Shown piece by piece: positions 52,494-62,090 of a stretch of 64,000 nt of DNA. The position numbers were made by a program, and so were the translations under genes. Position 1 is the stretch's first letter. Each line of letters begins with the position of its first letter. A model generated the notes under the pieces. That model did not search any database and had not been told where the DNA came from. It saw nothing but the letters and a program-made list of their open reading frames with translations. Source of the stretch: a virus (lineage: Duplodnaviria > Heunggongvirae > Uroviricota > Caudoviricetes); IMG/VR virus record IMGVR_UViG_3300036828_000686, positions 2,333 through 66,332 of that record. One strand, written 5' to 3'.

Positions 52494-53219
52494 TTATGCG
52501 ACTCTTTCACCAAACGACGCCACCGCGGTCAGTGTCGGGCCGCCCGTGGTGGCGGCCCAGGCGGCGCGGAGCCGGAACGTCTCGCCGGTCGTGGTGTCCA
52601 CCGTGAAGGCAGCGGTCAGCCCGTTAGCGGCACCGACCGACTGGACCGCGGTCGGCAGGATATTGGCGCCGGACTGGGTTGCTGAGATGTTGGAGTAGGC
52701 GAAGAACGTGCCGCCTGCGCCGCTGGTGATGCACACCAGGTGTGCCTGGAAGTACCAGCGGAATCCCTGGCTGATCCCGAACAGGGAGCTGCCCAGGTTG
52801 ATGCCGCCGCCGGCGACCCCGCCGTGGGTCTGGTCCAGGGTCAGCACATTGGAGGTACCTGTAGACCCCGTGACACCGAACCCGAAGGTGGTCAGCCGGT
52901 AAACGGCACCGGGAACACAGTCATTCGGGGGAACGAAGAGGCTGGCGATGGTCGTCGGCGGGGACGCCGCGGTCGCCACGACCGGGGCCACCGTGGCGGG
53001 CTGGGCGCCCACCAGGTTCAGCTGCAGTCCCTGGGGGTTGATGATCTGCGGGATGCCCGCCGTAACGAAGTGGCTGACCTGGCCAGCGGCTGGCGTGTTC
53101 GGGACCACGCTGCCGTCCGACAGGGTGATCACCTCGCCCATGGTGTCCACGATGCCGCGGGTGTCCGCGATGTCCTCCTCGGCCTGATCGACCGTGTAGA
53201 CGTCCGGGTTGGTCGCCAC
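52494..53219 (-). CDS. tail fiber/minor structural protein (Thr/Gly/Ala-rich)
   Basis: composition; position after large minor tail protein. Confidence 0.45.
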   Translation of the reverse strand: MATNPDVYTVDQAEEDIADTRGIVDTMGEVITLSDGSVVPNTPAAGQVSHFVTAGIPQIINPQGLQLNLVGAQPATVAPVVATAASPPTTIASLFVPPNDCVPGAVYRLTTFGFGVTGSTGTSNVLTLDQTHGGVAGGGINLGSSLFGISQGFRWYFQAHLVCITSGAGGTFFAYSNISATQSGANILPTAVQSVGAANGLTAAFTVDTTTGETFRLRAAWAATTGGPTLTAVASFGERVA

Positions 53220-53220
53220 C

Positions 53221-56211
53221 TCACCACCTCCTCACCGCTGTGGCCGTAATTTCATAGGGACTTTCGGGCATGCAGTTCCAGGTGATGGTCCAGAGCTGGC
53301 CGTCGCCGTCGATGACCTCGTTGTAGCCGATGACCAGCTGTTTCACGGTGGTGTTCGGGAACCAGAAAGGCAAATTGATGATCTTGACGTAGTCCCCTAT
53401 GTCTACTGCCGCGACCGCGCTCATCAGCGGCGCGATGCTGGCCCCGGCCTTCTGCGCCCGGGACAGTTCCACCGAGATCGTCGGGTACCGCTCATCCATG
53501 CTGGTGCTGAAGGCCAGCAGCTGGGCCGCGTGGGCGGCCAGCTGGGCGTCGTCGGTTGCCGCGATCTTCAGCTTCTTCTTGTAGGTCCCGACGATGTTCG
53601 ACCCGAGGCCGCCGCTGGTGGCGGTGATCCGCACCGAGCTGCCCTTGTGCCGCTTCACCGTCACGTCGTTCTTGATCATGGCGTCATCGACCACCGGGGC
53701 CAGCGGCGGCACAATCTCGCTCTTGGTGTAGTCGAGGGTGACCGCGGGACTCTGGTTGAGCATCCGCAGCCGGGTGCGGTAACCCATGCCCCACAGGGCT
53801 TTCGCTTCCTTCATGATGCCCTGGTCGAGGTCCCTGATCTCTTCCAGGAGGTCCTTGTATGCCTTGCGGGTCTGGACGCCCATCTGGGGATGAACCCGGG
53901 CGTTGTCGATGTAGATGAGCCTGGCGTTGGGCTCGGTCGCATCCGAGGACACCTGCGCCGAGAAGAAGGCCGCCGAGGCCGGCGCGAACCCCTTGACCTT
54001 GATCGTCGCGATGGTCCCTGCGCTGGTGGCCAGGCCGGTGCCCGTCTTCGTGGACAGGGTCGCGCCTGTCGCGTCATACCAGTTGATCTGCGCCCGGATG
54101 TTGCCCGACAGGGCCACCGGGACATAGATGTCTGCATGGGCGGTCACGATGTCACCCACGCCGACAGGCTGCCCGGACAGGCCCCCGGGACTGCGCGCGA
54201 TCGGCGCACCCACGCCGTTGCAGGTCAGCAGCAGCGAATGCGTGCCCTCGGGAGGCCATGACCAGAAGGCCACGTCGGGGTTCATCTCGCCCACAGGGGC
54301 AGGCAGCTTGCCGATCACGAACGTGGTCGGGTTGGTGAGCGCACCGTTGGTGGCCACCCACGACTGGGTCCCGGACTCGAAACCCCAGTGGTCGTTACCC
54401 TCGGTGTACTCAGGGAGGCTGTTCATCGCCTGCTCGTTGAGCAGCCGGATGAAACGGTCAACGCCCATCTCGGTGTCATGCGCGGCCAGCGCCCGGGAAA
54501 CCTGCAGCAGCGCGATGACCGCGTACTGGACGCTGACATGCCCGATCGCGATCTTGGTGACGTCAGCGTTCGGGCCGACCAGCACCTCGGTGACATTGCC
54601 CAGCGTGGCGCTGGCCTGCGAGCCGGTCACGGTTGTCCCCAGCTCCGTGGTCGCGCCAGGCACGACCGCCCGCAGCTTGTAAGCCACCGCCGACCCGGAC
54701 GGGGTCAGCTCGGCGGACACCATGACCGTCTGGCCGTCCCCGACCGTCAGGGTGGGCGAGGTGAACAGCAGGCTGGGTGTCGCGTTGTAGCCCTTGATGA
54801 GGACCTTGCCGCCGGTCTGGTAGAGCACGTCGAGCTGGGCGATCGTCCCCCCGCTGAGGGCCCGGACCAGGACAGCGCCGCTCTTATGGCCATGCGTGGG
54901 GATGTAGAGGATGAACCGCAGCACATTCGCGGGCGGCGACGCAGTCGGCGTGTAGACCAGTTCAACCTGGCCATGCCGGCCACCGCCGGCCACCGATGAC
55001 GCGCCACCGCCGCCACCGCCGCCACCGGGCAGCCCTCCGGGCTGCGCCACCACGCCGCTGCCGACAGGGATGCCGGATGCACCGCTGCCGCCGGAGCCGC
55101 CGCCGGTAACGGCAGCCGCCCCGGCTCCGGCCGTGTTGGTGGACGTGCTGCCACCGTTGTTGCCTGCGGAAGCGGTGCCACCCGAACCGCCGCCGCCACC
55201 ACCCGCGTTGCTGACGGAGTTGCCCCCGGTGCCACCGCTGAAGTGAACCGGCGCCGCCGACCCTGACCCGGGAGTGGCCCCCACGGCGGCGTGAGCCGTG
55301 ACGCTGGCTGCGTCCCCCGCGAACGTCATGTCGGTCTGCGAGCCGCCCGCCGTGACCGTGAACGTGTACCCCTGGCCGACAGTCACGACCAGGGCCGTGT
55401 TCTGGGCGAACTCCCCGCCGCCGCCGCCGCTGCCACCGTGAGCGAGGTACGGGCCGCCAGTATCGCCTGGCCCCCACACCTTGCAGTTCACCGGGGACAC
55501 CGGGGCGACCCAGGTAAAAGTGCCGACCGAGTTGTAGACGTCGTCGCCGCCACCGTTGGCGAACTGGCCGGTCAGGCCATCCCACACCGACCCGTTGACG
55601 ATGCCGATCGGGGCGGACCCGTTGAACTTGGAGATCGCCTTCCACTTCGGCGTGCCCGACGTCACGGTCATCGCGGTGCCGCCCGGCACGCCGGTCCCGA
55701 TGGTGCCCGTGTTGTCGCGGTCTTCCTCGCATGGCCAGTAGGCGATCGGCGCGTAGCTACCGGTCAGTGTCCCGTAGTAGCGGGCCAGGGCGCTGTCCTT
55801 CCCGCCGCCCTGGTTGAACTGCCGCGACGGCCCCGACGCGACGATCTGCACATAAATGTCGCTGCCCGAGACATCGGAAAGCGGCGGCCAGTTCGGCACC
55901 GAGCCCCAGAAGCGGTACCCGGTGTAGGTGTTCCCGCTGGACGAGGTGGCGGCGACCAGGGACACCCGGATCTGCATGTTGCGGACCAGGTCCGGGAAAA
56001 AGGCCCCGCTCGCATTGGCGGGCGTGAAACGCCCGTCCCGGTTGTCCAGGGTCAGGCTGCATGTCGCGGGCGCAGCCGCACCGAGCTGCGGGTCAGTCGA
56101 TCCGCCTGTGATGACGATCGGGTCGCGGGTGTAGAGGTAACGGGTGATGTCGCGCCACGTTCCGTTGACCTGCAGCTCCAGGAGCACCGGGAGCGGGAAC
56201 ATCTTCGCCAT
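53221..56211 (-). CDS. large glycine-rich minor tail protein (996 aa)
   Basis: immediately downstream of TMP; GGGGGSGGTASAGNNGG / GGLPGGGGGGG repeats. Confidence 0.55.
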   Translation of the reverse strand: MAKMFPLPVLLELQVNGTWRDITRYLYTRDPIVITGGSTDPQLGAAAPATCSLTLDNRDGRFTPANASGAFFPDLVRNMQIRVSLVAATSSSGNTYTGYRFWGSVPNWPPLSDVSGSDIYVQIVASGPSRQFNQGGGKDSALARYYGTLTGSYAPIAYWPCEEDRDNTGTIGTGVPGGTAMTVTSGTPKWKAISKFNGSAPIGIVNGSVWDGLTGQFANGGGDDVYNSVGTFTWVAPVSPVNCKVWGPGDTGGPYLAHGGSGGGGGEFAQNTALVVTVGQGYTFTVTAGGSQTDMTFAGDAASVTAHAAVGATPGSGSAAPVHFSGGTGGNSVSNAGGGGGGSGGTASAGNNGGSTSTNTAGAGAAAVTGGGSGGSGASGIPVGSGVVAQPGGLPGGGGGGGGASSVAGGGRHGQVELVYTPTASPPANVLRFILYIPTHGHKSGAVLVRALSGGTIAQLDVLYQTGGKVLIKGYNATPSLLFTSPTLTVGDGQTVMVSAELTPSGSAVAYKLRAVVPGATTELGTTVTGSQASATLGNVTEVLVGPNADVTKIAIGHVSVQYAVIALLQVSRALAAHDTEMGVDRFIRLLNEQAMNSLPEYTEGNDHWGFESGTQSWVATNGALTNPTTFVIGKLPAPVGEMNPDVAFWSWPPEGTHSLLLTCNGVGAPIARSPGGLSGQPVGVGDIVTAHADIYVPVALSGNIRAQINWYDATGATLSTKTGTGLATSAGTIATIKVKGFAPASAAFFSAQVSSDATEPNARLIYIDNARVHPQMGVQTRKAYKDLLEEIRDLDQGIMKEAKALWGMGYRTRLRMLNQSPAVTLDYTKSEIVPPLAPVVDDAMIKNDVTVKRHKGSSVRITATSGGLGSNIVGTYKKKLKIAATDDAQLAAHAAQLLAFSTSMDERYPTISVELSRAQKAGASIAPLMSAVAAVDIGDYVKIINLPFWFPNTTVKQLVIGYNEVIDGDGQLWTITWNCMPESPYEITATAVRRW

Positions 56212-56214
56212 GGG

Positions 56215-59200
56215 TCAGGTCCCCGAGCCGAACGCTGCCTGGACGTTGCCGCCGCCGGAAACCGAGACCGACCGCTTGATCCAGGTCATCATGAAGCGGT
56301 CGAAATCGGCCGAGCCGCTGGACGCGAAGATCATCTTCACCACGACCGGCTCACCTGGCGCGGAGACCCTCTCCGGCCGTCCCGTGTTGTTGACGGCCAG
56401 GGTCGCACCTGGCATCAGCCAGCCGCCCTTGTCGTACCCGTGACCGGAGCCGATCTGGCCAGGGCCGGTGCCGAACCCGAGCCCGTGCTTGCCGTAGTTC
56501 AGGGCGGCGTAGATGTTCGCCATCGGGTTGACCGAGACCCCGTAGGAGAACGGCCCCGTGTTGCGGTACGGCCCGGCCCAGGTATCAAACGTCCCAGCGA
56601 TCACCTGCATCAAGCCCACGCTCGGATGGCCGGCGAGCCAGTTGCTGTCCGTCCTGTTGACGATGTTCGGGTTGCCGCCCGACTCCGTCATCATCTGGTA
56701 CAGCACGTCCAGGACGTCGCCAGCGGGCAGGTGCAGCATCGACAGTGCCCGGAAAACATCCCCGCGCCACTGCGCCACACCCGCACTGGGGTTGTAGTTG
56801 ACGTGCCCGCCGGCCCTGAGCGCCTTCGCCAGCGCGGCCCTGGCTGCGGCAACGGCAGCCTTGATCCCGCCGTCCATCTCCTGCTGCATCCAGTTCTGTT
56901 CCGACACGCCCATGAACGGGACGGTGTGCCGGATAGCGGACCCTGGGCCGACGAAGCCGCCCGAGGCGAACCCCGGGACCCGGTGGGCGGCCAGGAACGG
57001 CGCGAGCGAGGGCACCAGGTGCCGCGGCACGACTGCCTCACCGGGGGTCAGCATGGCCGCGACGCTGTCCTGGTTGCCGTGACCCTGGATCAGTGCGCCC
57101 GCGGCGTGGAACGACAGGTAGCCCTTGGAGTTCTGCCCGAATGCCTGCTGCTTGAAGGTGATGTTGCCGGTGCCGCTGCCGTGGGCATCCACCCAGGCGT
57201 CGGTATGCTTCGGCACCTTGAACAGCTCGCCGGTCAGGCCGTGCACCAGGTCCGCGGCGGCCTTGGCTCCCAGTCCCGCCTTCCGGAAGTCGTTGTAGAG
57301 GTTGAGCATGTCGGTGTGCTTCTGCTTCGCGGTGAGGCCCGCGAGGTTGATGCCGCCGGACATGGACAGGATCAGGGTCGTGGCGTCCTTCGCGGACAGC
57401 CCGGACTTGACGAAGTCCTTGTAGAGAGTCGCCTCGTCGCTGTGGATCTTGTGCGCTGAGGTGCCCGTGGTGGTGAGGTCGGTGGCCAGGGTCGAGATGG
57501 CCTTACTGGCACCCGACGCGCTCAGCTTGGCCACATCGAACTGCTTGATGATGTCGGACTGCAGGGTGGCGTAGAGGTTGGAGGCGTCCTTGGCCAGGTC
57601 CTGGAGGTTGATGCCCATCTTGGCGACCAGGGTGTTCAGGTCCTTGCCGGCGTTCTTGGTGTTCCCCAGCCACTTGGTCAGCTCGGTGAAGTTATGGATG
57701 TTCGGGTCGATCTCCTGGGCCATGGACACCAGCTCGGCCCGGGTGGCCCCGCTGGTCTTACCCAGCGGGACAAGCTGGGCGATGATGTCCTTGACAGCCC
57801 GGGTAACGGGCGGGAAACCGCCAGGTGACGCGGACTGCATGAGGCGCAGCGCGTCGATAAGGCTGGCACCCCCGCTGAACGCCGTCTGCCAGGTGGACCG
57901 CAGCTGCAGGCTCGCCGCGTTCAGCCCGGTCATGCTGGCCTTGCTGTGACTCGCCGCGGCAGCGATGGCCGAGGCGGTGGCCGGGAAGGTGTTGGTCACG
58001 ATCCGGGCGCTGCCGCCAGCCTGGGACAGGGACTGGCCGACCGACAGCATGTCCTGCTGGAAGGTGAGGAACGACGTCTGGCCGCCGGAGATGATCCCGA
58101 TGACGGTGTCGAATGCCTGGTTCACCTTCTGCATCGCGGTGACCTGGTCGGAGGCCGCGATGTTCAGCGCGTTCATGTCGGCACCCAGGATGCCGCCGGT
58201 CTGGCCCATGGCCTTGTAGGCAGCCTGGGTGGCCTGGACCTGCTGCATGATCCCCAGCCACGCGGACTTGGACTTGTCCAGCAGCTGGCTCATCTTGACG
58301 CCGGATGCCAGCAGGATGCCCTGGGCCTCCCCCACCCCGCCGAAGGCGATGGCCAGCTTGTCGAGCCGCACGTTATACAGCGCGCTCTGGTCATTCAGGG
58401 TGGTGATCTCGCTGGCGTAGTCCCGGCTGGCCTGGGCGGCCTTCAGGTATGCCTCGCTGGTCTTGTTGACCGGCGCTGACAGGTTGCCGCCCGTGTTATT
58501 GATCCGGGCCGCCTGGTTCAGGATCATGTTCAGGTTGTGCTCGGTGGCAGCCAGCCGGGTGGCCACGATGGCCTGGTCCTGCTGCAGGGATATGAAGCCC
58601 TTCACGGCGTTCTGGGCCAGCAGGACGCTCTGCAGGGACTGGAACCACTGCTGGGTGGCGTCCTTGGCGGTGAGGATCTTGTAGGCCAGGATGCCGATCC
58701 CCACGCCGACGACAGCGATCCAGCCCCACGGGAGTGCCGCGGCATCCGAGGCACCCGCAGCCAGACCGTAGAACGCGGGGCCGGCGCGGGCCAGCGGCCC
58801 GTTCATCTGGAGGAGCCGGGCCCCGACCGTCTCCAGCAGGTCGCCGGCCTTGGTCAGGCCCCCGCGGACCAGGAACGCGGCGGCGGTCGAGAAGACACCC
58901 AGATAGACCGCGGCACCGTGGAAGGCCAGGCCGACCTTGATGACACCCTGCGCGAACCCGGAGCCGGTGACCGCCTCCAGGCCCTTGGACGTCTGGTCCA
59001 CGATGTTCAGCAGGACCTGGGCGTAACCCGGCATGGCCTTCAGCAGGTTGCCCACGGTGCCGAAGATGTTGCCGACGATGTCCCCGAGCTTGGCCAGGTC
59101 CTGGGTGGCGTTGTGCAGGAAGACCTGCATGCCGCCGCTCTCAATGGCAATGGCGGTCCGGGCAGCCAGCTGGTCCATCACGGTGCCCGCGGCCTTGGCC

Positions 59201-60249
59201 AGCTGGGTAAAGGTGCCGGCCCGGGAGTTGACGACGTTCAGGAACTCCCCGAACAGCTGGTAGACCTGCGGCTGCACCGCGTCAGCCAGCGAGCGCAGCC
59301 GTGCCGTCATCGGGTAGAGGGCCTTGTTGGTGGCCGTGGTGACGGTGTTGACGTTCGACATCTGCTTGAAGATGTCCTGGGCGGTGCCAATGCCCGCCGC
59401 GATGAAGGCACCCAGGGCAATGGTGGCCGGGAGAAGCACGGCGATGAAGTCGATGACAACGTCGGTCAGCAGGTGCCAGGCGGCGATCTGGGTGATGATG
59501 GCCGGCCCTATGCCGCCGAATAGCGGGATCTTCGCGCCGATGAAGCCCAGCCAGCCGCCGAAGTTACGCGCCGCGCCCGCGGCAATATTAGTCTTCGCGG
59601 TCAGGGCGACCATCTGATCCGACAGGTCCCGGACCTGGGCCACGGCGTCAGAGATCTTGGTGGTATCGGTGCCGACCGTCAGGGTCGCGACGTGGCTGGC
59701 CACCCCCTGCAGGGCCTTCTGGATCGCGGCGATGGCCACCAGCCCGGCGGCGTCGGTGATCCCGAGCTTGATGTCGTGCGCCTTGGCGCTCAGGGTAATC
59801 AGCTGCACCTGCAGCAGGGCGAGCTGCTTCTCGGCGTCCCCTGACACGTCCACGTGCGCGACGGACACGCGCCCCGCGATCTTCTCCAGCGAGGAGTCGG
59901 CTGCCAGCAGCTCGGCCTGCATCCTGGCGAACCCCAGCAGGGTGATCTTCTTGGCGAGCGTGCGGCCCTGGAGGCTGGCCAGCTGGACGAAGATTTTCGC
60001 CAGTTCCGCCTGCAGCTGCTTGTCGTCAGCGACCAGGCGGAACGCGGTGGCCCGGTCGGTCAGCGCGTTGAGGTACGCCTTGAGTTCCATGGCCGCGGCC
60101 TTCGCGCCCTTGGTGGACGCACCGATGTTAACCGTGGGGTCCAGGCCCGCCAGGGCCGCCTTGACCTTGGAGTCAAGCTCGACCCGGAACCCGGTGGCGT
60201 CAGGGCGGATGCGGACGAAAGCGTTGGCCAGCGCGAACGCATCTGGCAT
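56215..60249 (-). CDS. tape measure protein with C-terminal lytic transglycosylase (SLT) motif
   Basis: 1344 aa, Ala/Gln coiled repeats, TM segments; MMTESGGNPNIVNRTDSNWLAGHPSVGLMQVIAGTF. Confidence 0.8.
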   Translation of the reverse strand: MPDAFALANAFVRIRPDATGFRVELDSKVKAALAGLDPTVNIGASTKGAKAAAMELKAYLNALTDRATAFRLVADDKQLQAELAKIFVQLASLQGRTLAKKITLLGFARMQAELLAADSSLEKIAGRVSVAHVDVSGDAEKQLALLQVQLITLSAKAHDIKLGITDAAGLVAIAAIQKALQGVASHVATLTVGTDTTKISDAVAQVRDLSDQMVALTAKTNIAAGAARNFGGWLGFIGAKIPLFGGIGPAIITQIAAWHLLTDVVIDFIAVLLPATIALGAFIAAGIGTAQDIFKQMSNVNTVTTATNKALYPMTARLRSLADAVQPQVYQLFGEFLNVVNSRAGTFTQLAKAAGTVMDQLAARTAIAIESGGMQVFLHNATQDLAKLGDIVGNIFGTVGNLLKAMPGYAQVLLNIVDQTSKGLEAVTGSGFAQGVIKVGLAFHGAAVYLGVFSTAAAFLVRGGLTKAGDLLETVGARLLQMNGPLARAGPAFYGLAAGASDAAALPWGWIAVVGVGIGILAYKILTAKDATQQWFQSLQSVLLAQNAVKGFISLQQDQAIVATRLAATEHNLNMILNQAARINNTGGNLSAPVNKTSEAYLKAAQASRDYASEITTLNDQSALYNVRLDKLAIAFGGVGEAQGILLASGVKMSQLLDKSKSAWLGIMQQVQATQAAYKAMGQTGGILGADMNALNIAASDQVTAMQKVNQAFDTVIGIISGGQTSFLTFQQDMLSVGQSLSQAGGSARIVTNTFPATASAIAAAASHSKASMTGLNAASLQLRSTWQTAFSGGASLIDALRLMQSASPGGFPPVTRAVKDIIAQLVPLGKTSGATRAELVSMAQEIDPNIHNFTELTKWLGNTKNAGKDLNTLVAKMGINLQDLAKDASNLYATLQSDIIKQFDVAKLSASGASKAISTLATDLTTTGTSAHKIHSDEATLYKDFVKSGLSAKDATTLILSMSGGINLAGLTAKQKHTDMLNLYNDFRKAGLGAKAAADLVHGLTGELFKVPKHTDAWVDAHGSGTGNITFKQQAFGQNSKGYLSFHAAGALIQGHGNQDSVAAMLTPGEAVVPRHLVPSLAPFLAAHRVPGFASGGFVGPGSAIRHTVPFMGVSEQNWMQQEMDGGIKAAVAAARAALAKALRAGGHVNYNPSAGVAQWRGDVFRALSMLHLPAGDVLDVLYQMMTESGGNPNIVNRTDSNWLAGHPSVGLMQVIAGTFDTWAGPYRNTGPFSYGVSVNPMANIYAALNYGKHGLGFGTGPGQIGSGHGYDKGGWLMPGATLAVNNTGRPERVSAPGEPVVVKMIFASSGSADFDRFMMTWIKRSVSVSGGGNVQAAFGSGT

Positions 60250-60343
60250 CTAGCGCCTCCGCTTCACTCCCGTACGGCGTTTCTTCCGTTCCGGAATCCC
60301 GAACATGGCCAGGAGTGCGCGGCCTTTCCACCCCAGGCGCTTG

Positions 60344-60730
60344 TTACTCTTCGACCTCCGCGGTCGCCGTAGCCCTGCCATTAGCCCTGCCGTTCTTGCG
60401 GGCTGCACTGTCGGCAATCAGGGCCACGGCCTCCTGGGTGAGCTTCATCAGCCCCTCCAGGTCGTCCACCTTGTTGTTAATCATGTTTTCCTGGAAGCGG
60501 CCCCAGTCGTCCTCGTGGATCACGTCCTGCAGCATCGAGTACGCCGCCGCGAGACCTTTCGCATCCCCCAGCGACATCCCTGCCTCGGCGGCCCGCGCGA
60601 ACTGCATCATGGGCCAGACGCCGAACTTGTCCGACACCTTGTAGCTCTCGCCCTGGAACGTGATCGTCTGGCCCGGCGGCTTGCTCTGCCGGGCCCTGGG
60701 CGGCGTCCTGGTCGTGCGGGTGTTACTCAT
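60344..60730 (-). CDS. tail assembly chaperone
   Basis: ITFQGESYKVSDKFGVWPMMQFARAAEAG...DDWGRFQENM pattern typical of siphovirus TAC; directly upstream of TMP. Confidence 0.5.
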   Translation of the reverse strand: MSNTRTTRTPPRARQSKPPGQTITFQGESYKVSDKFGVWPMMQFARAAEAGMSLGDAKGLAAAYSMLQDVIHEDDWGRFQENMINNKVDDLEGLMKLTQEAVALIADSAARKNGRANGRATATAEVEE

Positions 60731-60742
60731 GCGGCCCGCCCC

Positions 60743-60993
60743 TTACTCGCTCAGGTCCGCGATGAGGCGCTGGATCTGGTCCCGCAGCCAGGTCTCGTCC
60801 TCACTGCGGCCCTCGATGAAGTCGATGACCTGGTCTTCCAGGTCCGGAGGGTCAATCCCCTGGTGGTGGCGCAGCGCATTGACGAGCGTCCCGGCCAGGT
60901 TGTACTTCTTGGTCTTCCCGACGAACAGCGCCATGTAGAGCAGCCGCCGCGTCTCGTCGCGGTCACGCGCGTTGCTGTCATCCAGTCGTGTCA
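60743..60993 (-). CDS. hypothetical tail-module protein
   Basis: ORF; RBS GGAAAAGGACGG. Confidence 0.4.
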
Positions 60994-61034
60994 TCTCAAC
61001 CGTCCTTTTCCAGGTGTTGATGAGAATGCGATGC

Positions 61035-61403
61035 TCAGTAGAAATAGAAGTCCTTGCCCTCGACAACCAGGAACAGCGCCGTGGGCAGGAAGGGGTAGAG
61101 CCGGCGCAGCTGCCTGGCTTTGGGGTCCAGGAAACGCCCATACCAGAGGGCGGCGACGTCGGCATACCGGCTGATGAGATCCTCACCGAACTCGGTCTGC
61201 ACCGACGCCTTCAGGCGGCCGGGAATGCCGACATAGCCGTACCTGGCGGTCTTGGGCACGGCGGTGCGGCGGGCACGCACGGGGGCGAGGGACCGGGCGA
61301 TGGCCTCCACCTCAAAGGCCAGCTCAGGCAGCACCTCGTCGGACACGTCGGTGTACAGACGGTCAAGGGCCCTCTGGTCCCAGTCGATCCCCACTGCCGC
61401 CAT
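61035..61403 (-). CDS. hypothetical tail-module protein
   Basis: own RBS GGAGG; overlaps upstream gene by 41 nt. Confidence 0.4.
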   Translation of the reverse strand: MAAVGIDWDQRALDRLYTDVSDEVLPELAFEVEAIARSLAPVRARRTAVPKTARYGYVGIPGRLKASVQTEFGEDLISRYADVAALWYGRFLDPKARQLRRLYPFLPTALFLVVEGKDFYFY

Positions 61404-62004
61404 CGGCTGCCGCCTCCGCCGCCTGGGCCGAGGCTTCCGCCTTGGCCGCTATCATCGCGCGGACCTGCGCCATCGCTTCCTCCTCGGGGTTCCCCTCGTA
61501 ATTGAGGTCCTCAAGGAAGTAGGCGCGGTCCTCCTCGTCGCGGCCGTCGAGGCATATCGCCAACGCCAGGTTACAGGCTTCACGTGCGGAAAGCCCTGCT
61601 ATACCGCGCCCGGAGCGCATCAGTGCTTTCCCGTCGAACTCATCCAGGTCGCCGGCTATGTAAGCGAGAAGGCGCCGGGCGGGCCAGTGGCTGCGGGCAC
61701 AGTAAAACTCGACCAGGCGCTGCATGACCGCGACGACGTCGTCCATCCCGGCTTTCGACGACAGGGCCGTCTGGCAGAACCGGGGGAAATCGGTGACGCA
61801 CTCCTCCAGCAGCCCGTACATGGCCGACAGGGCGACGCTCTGCGCTTCCTCATCGGTGGCAGTTTCCTTGCCGGGACCCGACCCGGCGAAACGCAGCAGG
61901 GGAACCAGGGCGTCAGCGGTGATGGCGAAGGTTTCCCCCATGAACGTGACCTCATGCGGGCCGCCGTAACCGGCCAGGTCCCGCAGCCCATCCTCAGGAG
62001 TCAT
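61363..62004 (-). CDS. hypothetical tail-module protein (TAC-like N-terminus)
   Basis: EVTFMGETFAITADALVPLLRFAG. Confidence 0.4.
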   Translation of the reverse strand: MTPEDGLRDLAGYGGPHEVTFMGETFAITADALVPLLRFAGSGPGKETATDEEAQSVALSAMYGLLEECVTDFPRFCQTALSSKAGMDDVVAVMQRLVEFYCARSHWPARRLLAYIAGDLDEFDGKALMRSGRGIAGLSAREACNLALAICLDGRDEEDRAYFLEDLNYEGNPEEEAMAQVRAMIAAKAEASAQAAEAAADGGSGDRLGPEGP

Positions 62005-62090
62005 GCTCAGTTCCCGCTACCGTGCGGTACGCTATGAAGCGCAGGCAGTGTGCGTCTTTTCCCGAGGTGCGCACACTGCCTGCCCCCATG

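Noticed and set aside
53209-55732. ORFs such as 53209-54261 (+), 55291-57459 (+) and 54962-55732 (-) overlapping the minor tail and TMP genes
   Set aside because: Alternate-frame artefacts of the Gly-rich and Ala-rich repeats. The TMP and minor tail frames are continuous and biologically coherent.
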